64,000 nucleotides of DNA, from assembly GCA_946965045.2 (NCBI GenBank), contig OX337239.1, positions 186,001 through 250,000 of the forward strand, read 5' to 3'. Within the stretch, counting starts at the first letter, position 1. Every line of letters begins with the position of its first letter. Below, in pieces: positions 45,987-57,155 of the stretch. This DNA is from Epithemia pelagica. Its lineage: Eukaryota > Protista > Bacillariophyta. The position numbers and the translations under genes are program-made. Under the pieces are notes generated by a model that saw nothing but the letters and a program-made list of their open reading frames with translations, had not been told where the DNA came from and made no database searches.

Positions 45987-47561
45987 ATGTCGGCGGCCGA
46001 ACTGACTCCTCTCAAGGGCACCTTTGTCAATGTGGCCATGATGACTTCGGGTGGATTGGCGCCCTGTTTGAGTGCCAGTATTGCCCAATTGGTATCGGCC
46101 TGGATCCAGGCCTTGGAACGGGGCGAAATTACCGGTGTGGCCTTTACCTTTTACCTCGGTGGGTACAAGGGTTTGTTGACGGGCACGTCCGTGACCATTA
46201 CCAACGAACAGGCCAAGGCGCAAATTGATACGCTCAATCACTTGGGTGGTTCCCCCATTGGCAATTCGCGCGTCAAGGTACGTACGACAAATGACAACAA
46301 GGAGATGGGAACGGCGGCACACCAGGACAATGACAATCATACGAAATGACTCTCTCTCTCTCTCTCTGTCATTCTCACACGTTTTCTGTTTTGGTCCTCG
46401 GTTGTTTGTTGCTTGTTGTTTTTAGTTGACCAATGTGGAGGATTGCATCAAGCGTGGCTACGTCAAGGAGGGCGATACACCCTTGGAAGTGGCCGCCCAG
46501 CAATTGCTCAAGGATCAAATTCATGTCTTGCATACCATTGGAGGCGATGATACCAATACCCAAGCCGCGCAATTGTCCGCCTACTTGTTGGAAAAACATG
46601 CCGGCAAGGTGATTGTCATTGGCATGCCCAAGGTACGCCGTACATGATTATTTGTGGTTCTGAACCAACCAACCGCGCAAGAGGTGGCATTGTACACTCA
46701 CAGACACTTGTGTTCTTGTTTGGTTTCATGCTCCTTGGCTTCTATTGTTCTCCCACTACTACTACCTATTGTTGTCTATATTAGACGATTGACAATGACG
46801 TGTATCCGATTCGTCAAACCTTTGGCGCGCAAACGGCGGCCGAACAGGGCGCTCTCTTTTTTGCCAATGTCGTGAATGAATGTTCGGCCTCACCGCGCAT
46901 GTTGATTTTGCACGAATGCATGGGCCGGGACAGTGGCTACTTGACGGCCGCCACGGCCTTGGAATATCGCAAACGCTTGGCGGCGCAACATGCGCAAGGC
47001 TTGTTTGGATTGTCGGCCCTGCCCTATGCCACGCAGGCGGCCCGCGATGTTCATGCCATTTGGATTCCCGAACTCAAACTGGACCTCTTGGCCGAAGGCG
47101 AACGTTTGAAAAAGATTATGGATACGACGGGTTGTGTCAATGTCTTTTTTGGCGAAGGCACGGGCGTGCAAGAAATTGTCGCCGACATGACCAGTCGTGG
47201 CGAAGATGTGCCCCGCGATGCCTTTGGTCATGTCGCCTTGGCCAAGATTAATCCCGGCCAATACTTTTCCCAGCACTTGGCCAAGGCTGTGGGTGCCGAA
47301 AAGACGTTGGTGCAAAAATCGGGATACTTTGCCCGATCGGCCGCCGCCAATGACTTTGATGTCAGTTTGATTGGCCAATGTGCCGTGGAAGGTGTTCAGA
47401 GTGCCATTGCCGAGGGCAAGTCGGGATGCATGGGACAAGATGAAGACAAGGACGGCTTTCCTGTACGGGCCATTGAATTTGAACGCATCAAGGGACACAA
47501 ACCCTTTGATATGAGTCAAACCTGGTTCCAACAAATGCTCAAGGAAATTGGACAAATGTAG
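45987..47561 (+). CDS. PFP: Pyrophosphate-dependent phosphofructokinase, 424 aa
   Basis: TSGGLAPC, GGDD and PKTIDND (PPi-type), MGRDSGY. Exons 45987-46277, 46426-46632, 46785-47561. Confidence 0.93.
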
Positions 47562-48131
47562 TAACACCACACACACACATTTTCCGTGGATCTCTCTCTC
47601 TCTCTACATATATATATATATACACGGACGGCATGCGACGACGACCCTGAATTGTGTGACACACATTATGGGAACCAAACCATTCGTCTATACTACTCTC
47701 TAGTAAATACCTCCTTGTCGTATCGTATACCTGTTTCCTCGCGCCCGACAACGGTTTCCGAGCGTTGCCGCAATGGTAGGAGAGTATGCCATTGTGGTCC
47801 GCGTCCTCTATGTAGATATTCGTTAGAAGTCCAACCATCATAGTCGTCAGTGCCCCAACAAAAGGCATTCTTCTTGTACATATATTCTAGGAGTACCGAG
47901 TAGAGAGCCTTGCACACGTTTGTACAAAGGTGTATGTACCAGGATTTGAACCGTATGCTCCCAAAGTCCTTGGAATGGGACCGACCACCCCCAAGCGGCA
48001 AACCGATACACAAGGACGACAGCCTCCTGTAGTGGTTTGTCGGGTGTAGGATCCGTTCCGGATATCCTCATTGTGCCAACGTTTGGAATCCACAACCACA
48101 CACGGATTACGCGCATTTCCATGCACCAAAA

Positions 48132-48171
48132 GATAGAGATAGGGATAGAGAGAGAGAGAGAGAGAGATAGC

Positions 48172-48222
<51 letters not shown>
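48132..48222. repeat. Interrupted (GA)n microsatellite
   Basis: Direct reading. Confidence 0.9.
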
Positions 48223-48224
<2 letters not shown>

Positions 48225-48386
48225 GGGGACCAAACGCGTTTGGTCCCTGTCCATTGGTCACGACGTACCAACCTCTTGGGCGAACATGAATGCATGGACC
48301 GTTACTCAAAGTTGTTGCTAGCTATACAGAGCTCCAAATGTCCATGAAATGACCGTACTGTGCCCTATTAGTTTATGGAGTAGGTA

Positions 48387-49575
48387 CTAGTGGCCATGAC
48401 CAAGGCCCAATCGGAACTGGTCAATGATGCGTTGCGGCTGCTCCAAGAGTCGACGAAAGCACCATGAATTCTTGTCCACTATGGACAATGTTACACAACC
48501 CGGATTGCCAAATTCACTAATCACGGCCACTTTCGTGTCAATCCTCACCAAAGTGCTGCTGAAGCCATTATTCTCAGTGTATGGGAGATTCCACGCATGG
48601 TGGCGGTGCGATGTATTCAAGACTTGTATGATATAGCTTTCTTGGGTGTCACTGTAGATTCCCAACACCAGCAAACAGGATCCCACGGCAACCGCTCCGT
48701 TAAGAGTACTTGGGACGGAAAGTACCAATTCCGAATGAGTGGTCCAACTAGACAAGGAGGACATGACTGTACTATTAGTAGTAGAAGCAGTCTCCTCCTT
48801 TGTGTCACCCTTGTCACAAGGCTTTTCAAAATTCCAATACTCCACAGAGTCAAGGACGTCGTCGACCCCATCTTCACAGCCTCCAACGACAAATATTCGG
48901 TGACCAATGACCGCACTGGCACACCACACTCGTGGAACGTTCATGGATGGTCCCTCCATGACGGTGTGGTTGCTGGTATCCAAATATCCACCGACGCCAA
49001 GTCTTGCCATGTCCACGGGCCGTCGACACCACTAAATTCCCAGTTCCTTCCACCCATGATGACAATGTAGCGATCGTGAACCGCAACCGCACAACATCCG
49101 TCTCGTCCAGATGATAGTCGACAGTTTAACGTCGTCCAATGGTGGCTCTCCTGTGTGATGATACTGCTTGCTAGCAAATCTTGAACGCCAATGCGTTCTA
49201 TATCATGCAATGAGCATTCTCGATCGTTTCCTCCCAAGACATAAATGCCACCATTGCAGACAACAGCGGCAAGATCTTCACGATTCTTGTTCAGGCGAGG
49301 TCCTTCTCGCCATCGCCTTTGGGCTCTGCCAGATTCAATACATGAACGGAATTGGTGGAATTAGGAATGGTATTTCGGGTTGGATCATATTGGCCCAACA
49401 CGAGAACCGTTTGGTTGGTCGTCGTAGTTGCAGTAGTGTTCGGATGATTGAGAACAACCGCAGTAAGTAGGTTATCCCATCCACCTGGAAGAGGAGGCCA
49501 GTTGGTTGTGTTCCATTCGTCGTCAAAAAGGACAAGGCCCGACTGCCATGCTTGCTCTTGCAGTGTCATGGTCAT
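48387..49575 (-). pseudogene. Kelch-repeat gene (copy 3) with two 1-nt frameshifts
   Basis: Three consecutive ORFs (49291-49575, 48941-49237, 48387-49016) reconstruct a close paralog of copy 2. Shifts at GAGCCCAAAGG (about 49320) and GATATTTGGAT (about 48985, where the paralog has TTTT). Confidence 0.8.
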
Positions 49576-50109
49576 GGTTCATTTTTTACTTTGGAACTCT
49601 TTCTTTTGCTAATCTAGGCTGACTACGTGGCAGCGCACGGGTGGGGGGGGGGATCTGTGGTGTCATTTAACCAGAACGGCGTGTACAGTGGGGGGGGGGG
49701 TACTCGTACGTTGGTCGCGGAGGGAGAAAGGTTCACATTGAAGATACTTTTCTGAAAAGGACATATATATTAGAAAGAGAGTGAACGTCACGTCGGGATT
49801 GATGCGACTTAAAAGCGAGCGGCGTGGAGCTACAAATGGAGAAGGCCGTAATATAGCATCACCACAACATTTTGAAATCCAGTTATTGAGTAAATACAAT
49901 ATAGGGATTTCGTCCTACCATACCAACCGTTTCCACTGTGGTGGTGTATATTGCAGAGGAATGACGACTCACTACGCTTATACTCTCCTAATTTATGATA
50001 GGTGAGTGAGTGAGTGCCAAAGAAGAAACATCCACAGTGTGCACAAAAGGACAGTGGTGTAATAGCTGGTGTCCAAGATTTCTCGACTCGTCGTTTTTGT
50101 GGAGTTTCA

Positions 50110-51378
50110 TCAGGGAAATTCATCGGGTGGGGCAATGTAAGGAAATTCAAAGGTTTCGGGGCGTGGAGTGTTGCTGCTATCGTCGTCCTCCACCACTTGT
50201 TCGGCTCCCACCATGATCATTAATAAAAAGGGTTCGTACACAAAGGGATTGTCCACCACCAGGTCCCATTCCAATCGAGTCGTATTGCAAACAACGGAAG
50301 TAGTTTTGTCATTCACCGCCTCGGCCGCCACGTGAGGAGGACAGAGGGTTTGACCCTGCGTCCAGTCCGAAATGAGCGTGGCTTGCGGCGTGGTAAAATT
50401 GGCCAAGGCACGTGCATTGGCAATGGTCACGGCCTGTTCGCCCCGCGCCTCGACAAACACTTGAATGGTCATGCGACAAATGGGTGTGGCGACATAAATG
50501 GCTGTGGCTTGGCCTGGCATTTGAAAAAAGACAACTTGATGGGCTCCAAACACATTGAGAATGTACAGCGGATTGGTACACGACGAATCAAAGCGGACAT
50601 CTTGCAACAATATCGAATCGTCACGGACCGTGGCATTGGCCGGCCACATACGAATTTGCGTCCGATTCGGCAAGGGTTGACGATTGTCAAACAAAAAGTA
50701 CAAACTGTCTTCTTGCACAATGCCCTGAAAGAGTGGCGGCAAAGCATTGCCAGCGGAACCACCTGGAGCATCGCCCGGATCGGCATTGGCCACAATATAG
50801 GCCGATTCACCCGATCCCAAGGAGGGAATGCCACCATAAATGCCCACATTTTGCGGAAAATCGGTACAGGTATAATCTTGAATGGGTTGCGAGGTAAAGT
50901 TGTTGAACGCGCAATCGCCACCGCGAAACAAGAACCCGGTCAAAAAGGGTGGTTCCGTACAGACACCGTTCAAGGTCGATGCGACACAGCCTGTCAAGTA
51001 ATTCGTCATGGTAATGTCCAACCCCAGAGCCTGCGTCGGATTGGAAGAAGGACTCGTGGATGGTACAAGGGACATGGTGGGTAGGACCGAGGGGAACAAG
51101 GACTGTGTAGGAACACTGGAGGGTGTCCACGAAGGAGATGGTGTGGGAAGTGCGGTTGGATTAGTCACAGTGTCGTTGCCGTTGTTGTTGTTGTCGTTGG
51201 TTCCGTCGGGATTTGTATCGGCACCCGTACTGGCACTCGTCGTACCATTCTCTTGTTGGTCCAGGACGCATTCTGATGGTGGTCGGCCGTGCGCATCGTC
51301 CAATGAACCGAAACCACAACCTAAACAAGAATAGAATTGTGTCTTTTCTGTAAAGAACAACATGAAACGAGATGTCAC
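50110..51378 (-). CDS. Secreted/surface protein with a Pro/Thr/Ser linker and a Cys-containing domain of the kind common in pennate diatoms; 5' exon probably missing
   Basis: PTPSPSWTPSSVPTQS linker; domain FxFRGGDC..YTCTD..GG.P..GESAYI..LLQDVRFDSSC..L.I.N.FGA.QVV.F. Confidence 0.65.
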   Translation of the reverse strand: MTSRFMLFFTEKTQFYSCLGCGFGSLDDAHGRPPSECVLDQQENGTTSASTGADTNPDGTNDNNNNGNDTVTNPTALPTPSPSWTPSSVPTQSLFPSVLPTMSLVPSTSPSSNPTQALGLDITMTNYLTGCVASTLNGVCTEPPFLTGFLFRGGDCAFNNFTSQPIQDYTCTDFPQNVGIYGGIPSLGSGESAYIVANADPGDAPGGSAGNALPPLFQGIVQEDSLYFLFDNRQPLPNRTQIRMWPANATVRDDSILLQDVRFDSSCTNPLYILNVFGAHQVVFFQMPGQATAIYVATPICRMTIQVFVEARGEQAVTIANARALANFTTPQATLISDWTQGQTLCPPHVAAEAVNDKTTSVVCNTTRLEWDLVVDNPFVYEPFLLMIMVGAEQVVEDDDSSNTPRPETFEFPYIAPPDEFP

Positions 51379-52440
51379 AAAGGACGATCGTTAGATTCTA
51401 GAAAGGACAGAAATTTTTGATATCGGCAACGACCATCAGAACGAGAAGATTCAATCAATGATCCAATGAAGCGATCATCTTATTGCAGAATCATTTTCTC
51501 TCTTGAAACTTACACAAACGATGCCAGATATTGCGTTATCTGTTCAGATCTCCGTCAAGATGGCCGTCTCCTTCGTTCTTCAACAGAAGCAGTACAGTGG
51601 GAGTGGGATGGGTTGTGTTTGCTATTGGAGCGTGAGTGATGAGTCTGTTTACTCTTTATGCTCATTTCTCTATTTCAAGGCAAGAGAAAACGTAGACGGC
51701 AACAATACTGCAAGAGAAATGGAAAATTGCAAGAAGCTGGTTGTTGTGGTGTGTTGAATGTCTCTCGGTGTCGTTGGATCTTCACTGGGCTCAGAAAGAT
51801 CTTTTGTGCTGTACCCTCTTTCCTATTCTATTATGACACAACGCAATCTGCTGCCCGCCTCGCTCGCAGCGATCATACTCCCTTTTCTTCCGAATGACTG
51901 AAAGTGCTTATTTCCTCTTATATGTGGGGCCCGAAAAGCGGTTCGTCTATGTGGCCCCTTGTCACAAGCGGGCTGTCCCCCCGCTCCATGATTCCGAGAG
52001 TAATGGTGCCAGGGCAGTCGGTCGACCGCACCCTAGCGGGTAGGCGCGGCAGCTGGAAGAATAGACTATTCCCTTTTTTTCTTTCCTCTTATATCTTCGT
52101 CTATTCGCACACGCTGAGCATTACCGCTTGCACACTGGTTCAAAAATTCCAAACGGAAGACTACACGAGTATGAGTGAAATGGGGTTAATGGTAGCTTCT
52201 CTTTGGCTAGCTCTATCAAACACGCTATACACGTTCAGTCTATTCATCTATAAAACATGAATCGATACAATGGAAAAGGACGAGCGTTCCGTCAAGCACT
52301 CTTGTTCCTACCTTTAGGTTCCCAGCAAACGGTGGTGCCTCTCCAAGTGGAACGAAAAGTTTGGTTTTGGTGCCAGCAAAAAAGTGTAATGATGATCAAG
52401 CTATGTAAGTTATACTTCTAGAGGTATAGTCGGACACCAC

Positions 52441-53556
52441 TTACTCCGACACAAACGAAACCGAGGCAAGGACACCCACAAGTGCCACGACCGACATCCA
52501 CGGCATGGCAACGATTGTTGCAGCGGATTCCTGATCACCACCATCCGCTTCAACGTCAGGGCAACAGGGCTGAGGACGAGCAAATCCAAAGTCAAAGGTT
52601 CCCGACACAAAGACTAGATCCAAGGAATGTGCTTCGGTACGATACGTGTCCAGGTCGGCATCATTTCCCGCCAACTGAAGACTGACAAATGCCGCGTCCG
52701 CAATTTGGGCCAAGTCGGGAAACTGAGTGACGGCCGTATTGGTCAAGTGGAAGAGGGCCGCGTCGATATCCCGAAAGTCATTGCGCACAAAAAAGCTAGT
52801 ACCATCCTCTCCATCAAAGAAACGGACCGACAAGGCATCCGGTTCTTCTTCCTCCATGGTGGCCAAGATGGTGTCATGAATCAATTTGACTTGGGCGAGG
52901 TTGCCATCCTCCTTGGGAACCCATTTGTAGAAAACCGTAACAGCTTCGGAAAGAGGAGCAAGTTGACGAACGTTATCGGTCGGATCGCACTGCTCATCGG
53001 CAATTGCGTCGAGAAATCGGAATTGAGGTACTTGATCCGGATCATCAATCGGGCAACAGAGCAAGGGACGTTCGAGTCCATCGTCCAAAGTGGCGAATTC
53101 CGCTGGAATGCCGGCAGCAGCCATGGCCTGTTGATATTCCAGAGGGACGCTTCCCAAAATGAAAAAGGTACTGGGCGTGGCCAGCTGTGTCAAAAAGGCA
53201 AATTTGGGTGCCACCGTATTGGTAAAGTGAAAGCCAAAGGCATTGGCATCCACAAAGGTTTCTCGAATATGAAAGGCATTGAGCGTGTCATCGACATAGG
53301 CCACGGCCTCCAGCGTTCCTGGCTCTTGCTCTTGAATGTCTTGTAACATGAGTTGCAACTCGTTCCGAAGTGTATCCAAGGTCGCCGCGTCCGCTGCCGT
53401 AAAACTATACGTGACAGTCACCTGATTGGGATCAATGGTTTCAATGGGAGCTTCAAGCAGACATTCCGCCGGGGGGTTGTCTTCGTTGGCCAAGACATTG
53501 CTCAAACTCGAAATCGATAGAAGCAAGTAAGTCGCAGTGGTGAAGAAAGACTTCAT
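52441..53556 (-). CDS. Signal-peptide, GPI/TM-anchored protein with two ABM-like (dimeric alpha+beta barrel) domains
   Basis: Signal MKSFFTTATYLLLSISSLSNVLA; two internal repeats VTVxY..EPxxL....FxxRxxFxDxxAxxFHxTNT, each followed by RPxxCCP; hydrophobic C-terminal tail. Confidence 0.7.
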   Translation of the reverse strand: MKSFFTTATYLLLSISSLSNVLANEDNPPAECLLEAPIETIDPNQVTVTYSFTAADAATLDTLRNELQLMLQDIQEQEPGTLEAVAYVDDTLNAFHIRETFVDANAFGFHFTNTVAPKFAFLTQLATPSTFFILGSVPLEYQQAMAAAGIPAEFATLDDGLERPLLCCPIDDPDQVPQFRFLDAIADEQCDPTDNVRQLAPLSEAVTVFYKWVPKEDGNLAQVKLIHDTILATMEEEEPDALSVRFFDGEDGTSFFVRNDFRDIDAALFHLTNTAVTQFPDLAQIADAAFVSLQLAGNDADLDTYRTEAHSLDLVFVSGTFDFGFARPQPCCPDVEADGGDQESAATIVAMPWMSVVALVGVLASVSFVSE

Positions 53557-54806
53557 GATGTTTGTTATGGTTCGTAGGGAGATCTTTTGTAGTCAAAGAC
53601 GCAAAGCAATAAGCGTTAGAAAGTCATGTTTGCGATGAGGGATCTTGAACGGATACTCTATCAACAACCAGAAATTACAAGCGCTTGTGATACTCTTGTC
53701 TCCCCAAGTCAACCAATGTCCACTTCTCGTATTGTACACATTAGGAACCTACCTTTTAAGATGGATTGTAACTGGTGCAAACTCTGCAAACAAAGTTTTT
53801 ATGAGCTCCAATGCAAACGAGCTCTTCTGTGGGTCGACCCCATGGGCATTGGTATCAGTAGCATTGCAGCAACCAATTTCCAGTTTCACGCCGCAAACCT
53901 GTGGCAATGATTCGCTCATCCGAAACAAATCCATCGTCCGAATTCGGAAGCAGCATCCGGAGCTTCTGACGCAAGCCAGACCATATGCTTAGGCGAAGCC
54001 GGCGGATATACAATAGCCTTTTGGTCTTGGTCACACGAATACGCCTTTCCAGCGCCCGGCGGACAGCCGCATTTCGCTATAGAGCTCTCGCTGACCACAA
54101 AATGGGGAATTTGCAAACAAAACAATCCATCGGCGGAGCAATGAAATGGCTAGCAAAGATTTGAAGAATCTCTCGAATCCGAACAACCATCTCCGCGATG
54201 TTGGATATCCACTTGACAGATACTCTTCCGTGGATAAAAAAGCGTCTGTTTATGCCTCGAGTGACTTTCTAGCATGCCTTGCCCCAGTTGTTCCTTCAAG
54301 AATGACCATAATGGTAAACACCTCTCCGTGAGCAACAGCGTCCTTATCCTCTTTGGGGGGAGCCATTGATAGTCATTCGTTATTTGTGAGCGGCTTCAAT
54401 TCACATAAAAAGAACAACACAATTCGAGTCGTCATGGTCCCAACGTTCAGTTGAAGATGTGGATGTGGATGAAACGGTGATTATTGGATCCTTACTTCTG
54501 TTCCTTCATCTCCACATGTCTACTTGTACCTCGTATCACTTTAAAGAGGACTTAATGCTTGTGAAGATTTTCATTTTGAACACATGATAGGGCATCTGAT
54601 AGAGCTACATGTGGCAAGGCAAACGATAAGACCAGGGGCGATCTAATAGCGACCGGGACACAGATGAAGTACGTGTTTCGGAGAGATATGAGAGACGAAA
54701 CAAGAACGTCTGTCTTTTGTATTAGATGGAAGTGTTCGAAGCAACAGGAGACAACGTCTATCTTTCAGTGATCAGAAAACCAAGAACCAACGACGACAAG
54801 GATTGA

Positions 54807-55156
54807 ATGGGAATGAAGGGTGCCTTGACGCATCCACGAAAAAGAAGAACAACAAGAACCACTGTTTCGGGTCGTCTGGACCGTACGAGTACTACTCCTA
54901 CTCTTTTTCCATTCCTCATTGTCTTGATGGGAATCTGGACTTGCACTTCGACCATGCGAGTGGTGATCGCCACAAGGTCGTCCTTTGGTTCCACATTTCG
55001 TCGTTGTCGTCGTACCAACACTGCTGCCTTTGTGACACCAACACATTCTTGGAATCGCCCTGCGGATGGGACTCGTCTTTTTTCGTCGTCGTCGTCGTCG
55101 TCTTCGGGTTCCTTTTTCATTTCCCCCGAACAAGCACTCCAGGCATGGAACGAAGG

Positions 55157-55197
<41 letters not shown>

Positions 55198-56315
55198 CGG
55201 AACAAACCAACCAGCAGCACACTGATGAACCTCGTCGTGTCCAATTTGTCGATGCGAGTTGGTATCACAAGGGACAGGCACACTTGGGTCGAACCCAATT
55301 TGAACAGGGACCTCGCATTCCGGGCAGTGTCTACTTTGATTTGACCGATATTTCCAGTTCCAATCCAGCCTTTGCTGCAACTGTGGACGAACGAGAACCG
55401 CAATTGTCGGCCATGTTGCCGAGTCCCGAATTGTTTGGATTCGCCATGGATACGGTGATAGGGGGTGGCACGACGGCCGAAGGAATGCCCACGACGACAG
55501 TGAAACCATCCACCTTTGTGGATCGGACACGCACCCATGTCATTTTGTACGGTGTGGATCGGGTGGGTTTGTCGTTTGTGCCTCGCGCATGGTTTACCTT
55601 TTGGGCCATGCATCATGTCCAATTGTCCATTTTGGATGGAACTCTCCTCGATGATTGGAAGGGTCCTCACGACACGACACCGACCACCGTTCCGTGGTTG
55701 AGTGATTTTGCATCCCTATGGACCAACACCAAAGAACCACAACAAGAGCAAGACGGTGAGAAGTCATCCACTCCCTTGTTTTACCCTTCTCGGTACTTTG
55801 GTAATTCTCCAACAACGGCCCCCATGGATCTACGACCGGGTGTCGTTGCAACGGCAGATCAAGTCTTGCAAAATCCAAACACGGGGCAACCGAACCTTGT
55901 TTTGGATGCTCGTGGATCATCCTTTGCCCAAACTGGACATATGCCGGGTGCCAAACATGTTCCGTACAGTACGCTCATGGCAATGCCACAGTCATCCCTG
56001 TCGGAGGAGTCTAGAAAACGTCCCGAGGAGGCAACTCCAGAATTCCGCAACTTTTTCAAAGACCGTGCCTCCTTGCGGCAATTGTTTCAAGACGCAACCG
56101 CATCATCCAAAGATGATAAAGATCCCATTACGACGAGTCAAACCGTCGTTTGTTCCTGTGGAACGGGTGTGTCGGCCTGTAGTTTGTACCTCGCCTTGCT
56201 AGAATGTGGTCGCACACATCCCACCGTTCTGTACGATGGAAGTTGGCAAGAATGGAAACAACTCGACGACATGCCCAAAGTCCTGGCCCCCCAAACGGCA
56301 GTATCCACATCCTAA
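54807..56315 (+). CDS. MPST: Tandem-rhodanese sulfurtransferase (3-mercaptopyruvate/thiosulfate sulfurtransferase)
   Basis: FVDASWY, RIPGSVYFDL, MLPSP, LDARG..GHMPGA, active site CSCGTGVSAC, LYDGSWQEW. Long N-terminal presequence with polyQ. Confidence 0.88.
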
Positions 56316-56604
56316 CAACGAACCATCGAACAAAATCGCACAGCTCGCAAAACCGTCAGGAAAACATGTTCACATTTACATCATCTTGTAAAAGAAACTA
56401 GGAGTACGTTCTACCAACAAACCAGGTAGCTCTCATAATAAACGTTGTATCGAGTGCAAACAATGCTCAATCGTATTGGCTTAACTGCTCGCCATGGGAC
56501 TCTTGTTTCTCGTTTGGTCCAAGTCACGGCATACTAAAGAGTATGGTACATTTCCTGTTGCGCGATTTTTCTTCTCTCTACAACCACCACCACACAACAC
56601 AGTT

Positions 56605-56710
56605 CATCCAAACAATGACTCGGGGACAAGGCGGCCAACTGCGCTTCTCGTTGGTCTGCAGCAGCAAACGCTGGATTGGAACTGGAAATATCAGTCAAAT
56701 CAACAAAGTC
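56605..56710 (-). pseudogene. Inverted about 100 bp duplicate of the sulfurtransferase gene
   Basis: GATTTGACxGATATTTCCAGTTCCAATCCAGCxTTTGCTGC (DLTDISSSNPAFAA) matches 55337-55378. Confidence 0.85.
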
Positions 56711-57155
56711 TATGCCATGTCGGTCAAGGAACTCATCCGGCCGAAAGCCGTAAGCCTTCAATTTCTTGGATTATGCGGTGGCCTTTAGAGAGGTCAATGG
56801 GACCGTCCAACCTTGTTTGGCTCCGACGAGATATCCCTGTTGTCTCGACAAGGCCATGACATCAAAGAGACATTGTACAATGTCATTCTCTTTTTGCATG
56901 TAACGACAGCAAAGAGCTTAGAAACGATCGTGCCCACAGAGTGTTGCTCGTAGAAAGGCACATCCGCTAACCATCATCTTCTGACGAGTCAGAGTATTTG
57001 ACCCATGAATCCTTCACACGATTACCTACATTACCCACAATAAGAAATGACTAAACCTTACTCTAGAGAAGCTTCGTATAAAAGATTGGAAAATTGAGAA
57101 CAAGAACAAAAACTCTCTTTATGTCTTCATATCGTTGCGTTTACATATGTTCCTC

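Noticed and set aside
47693-48122. Minus-strand ORFs between PFP and Kelch 3
   Set aside because: Partly protein-like but no recognisable motif or splice model; left uncalled.
49642-49699. Two poly-G tracts as a G-quadruplex regulatory element
   Set aside because: Only two homopolymer runs; no functional evidence from sequence alone.
51926-52050. GC-rich stem-loops suggesting a structured ncRNA
   Set aside because: Stems are only 4-6 bp and match no tRNA, snRNA or SRP motif I can recognise; compatible with chance.
24358-56315. Metabolic gene cluster (GLO1, PPDK, PFP, sulfurtransferase)
   Set aside because: Genes are 8-17 kb apart, separated by unrelated genes and transposons, and PPDK is broken; co-location is probably incidental.
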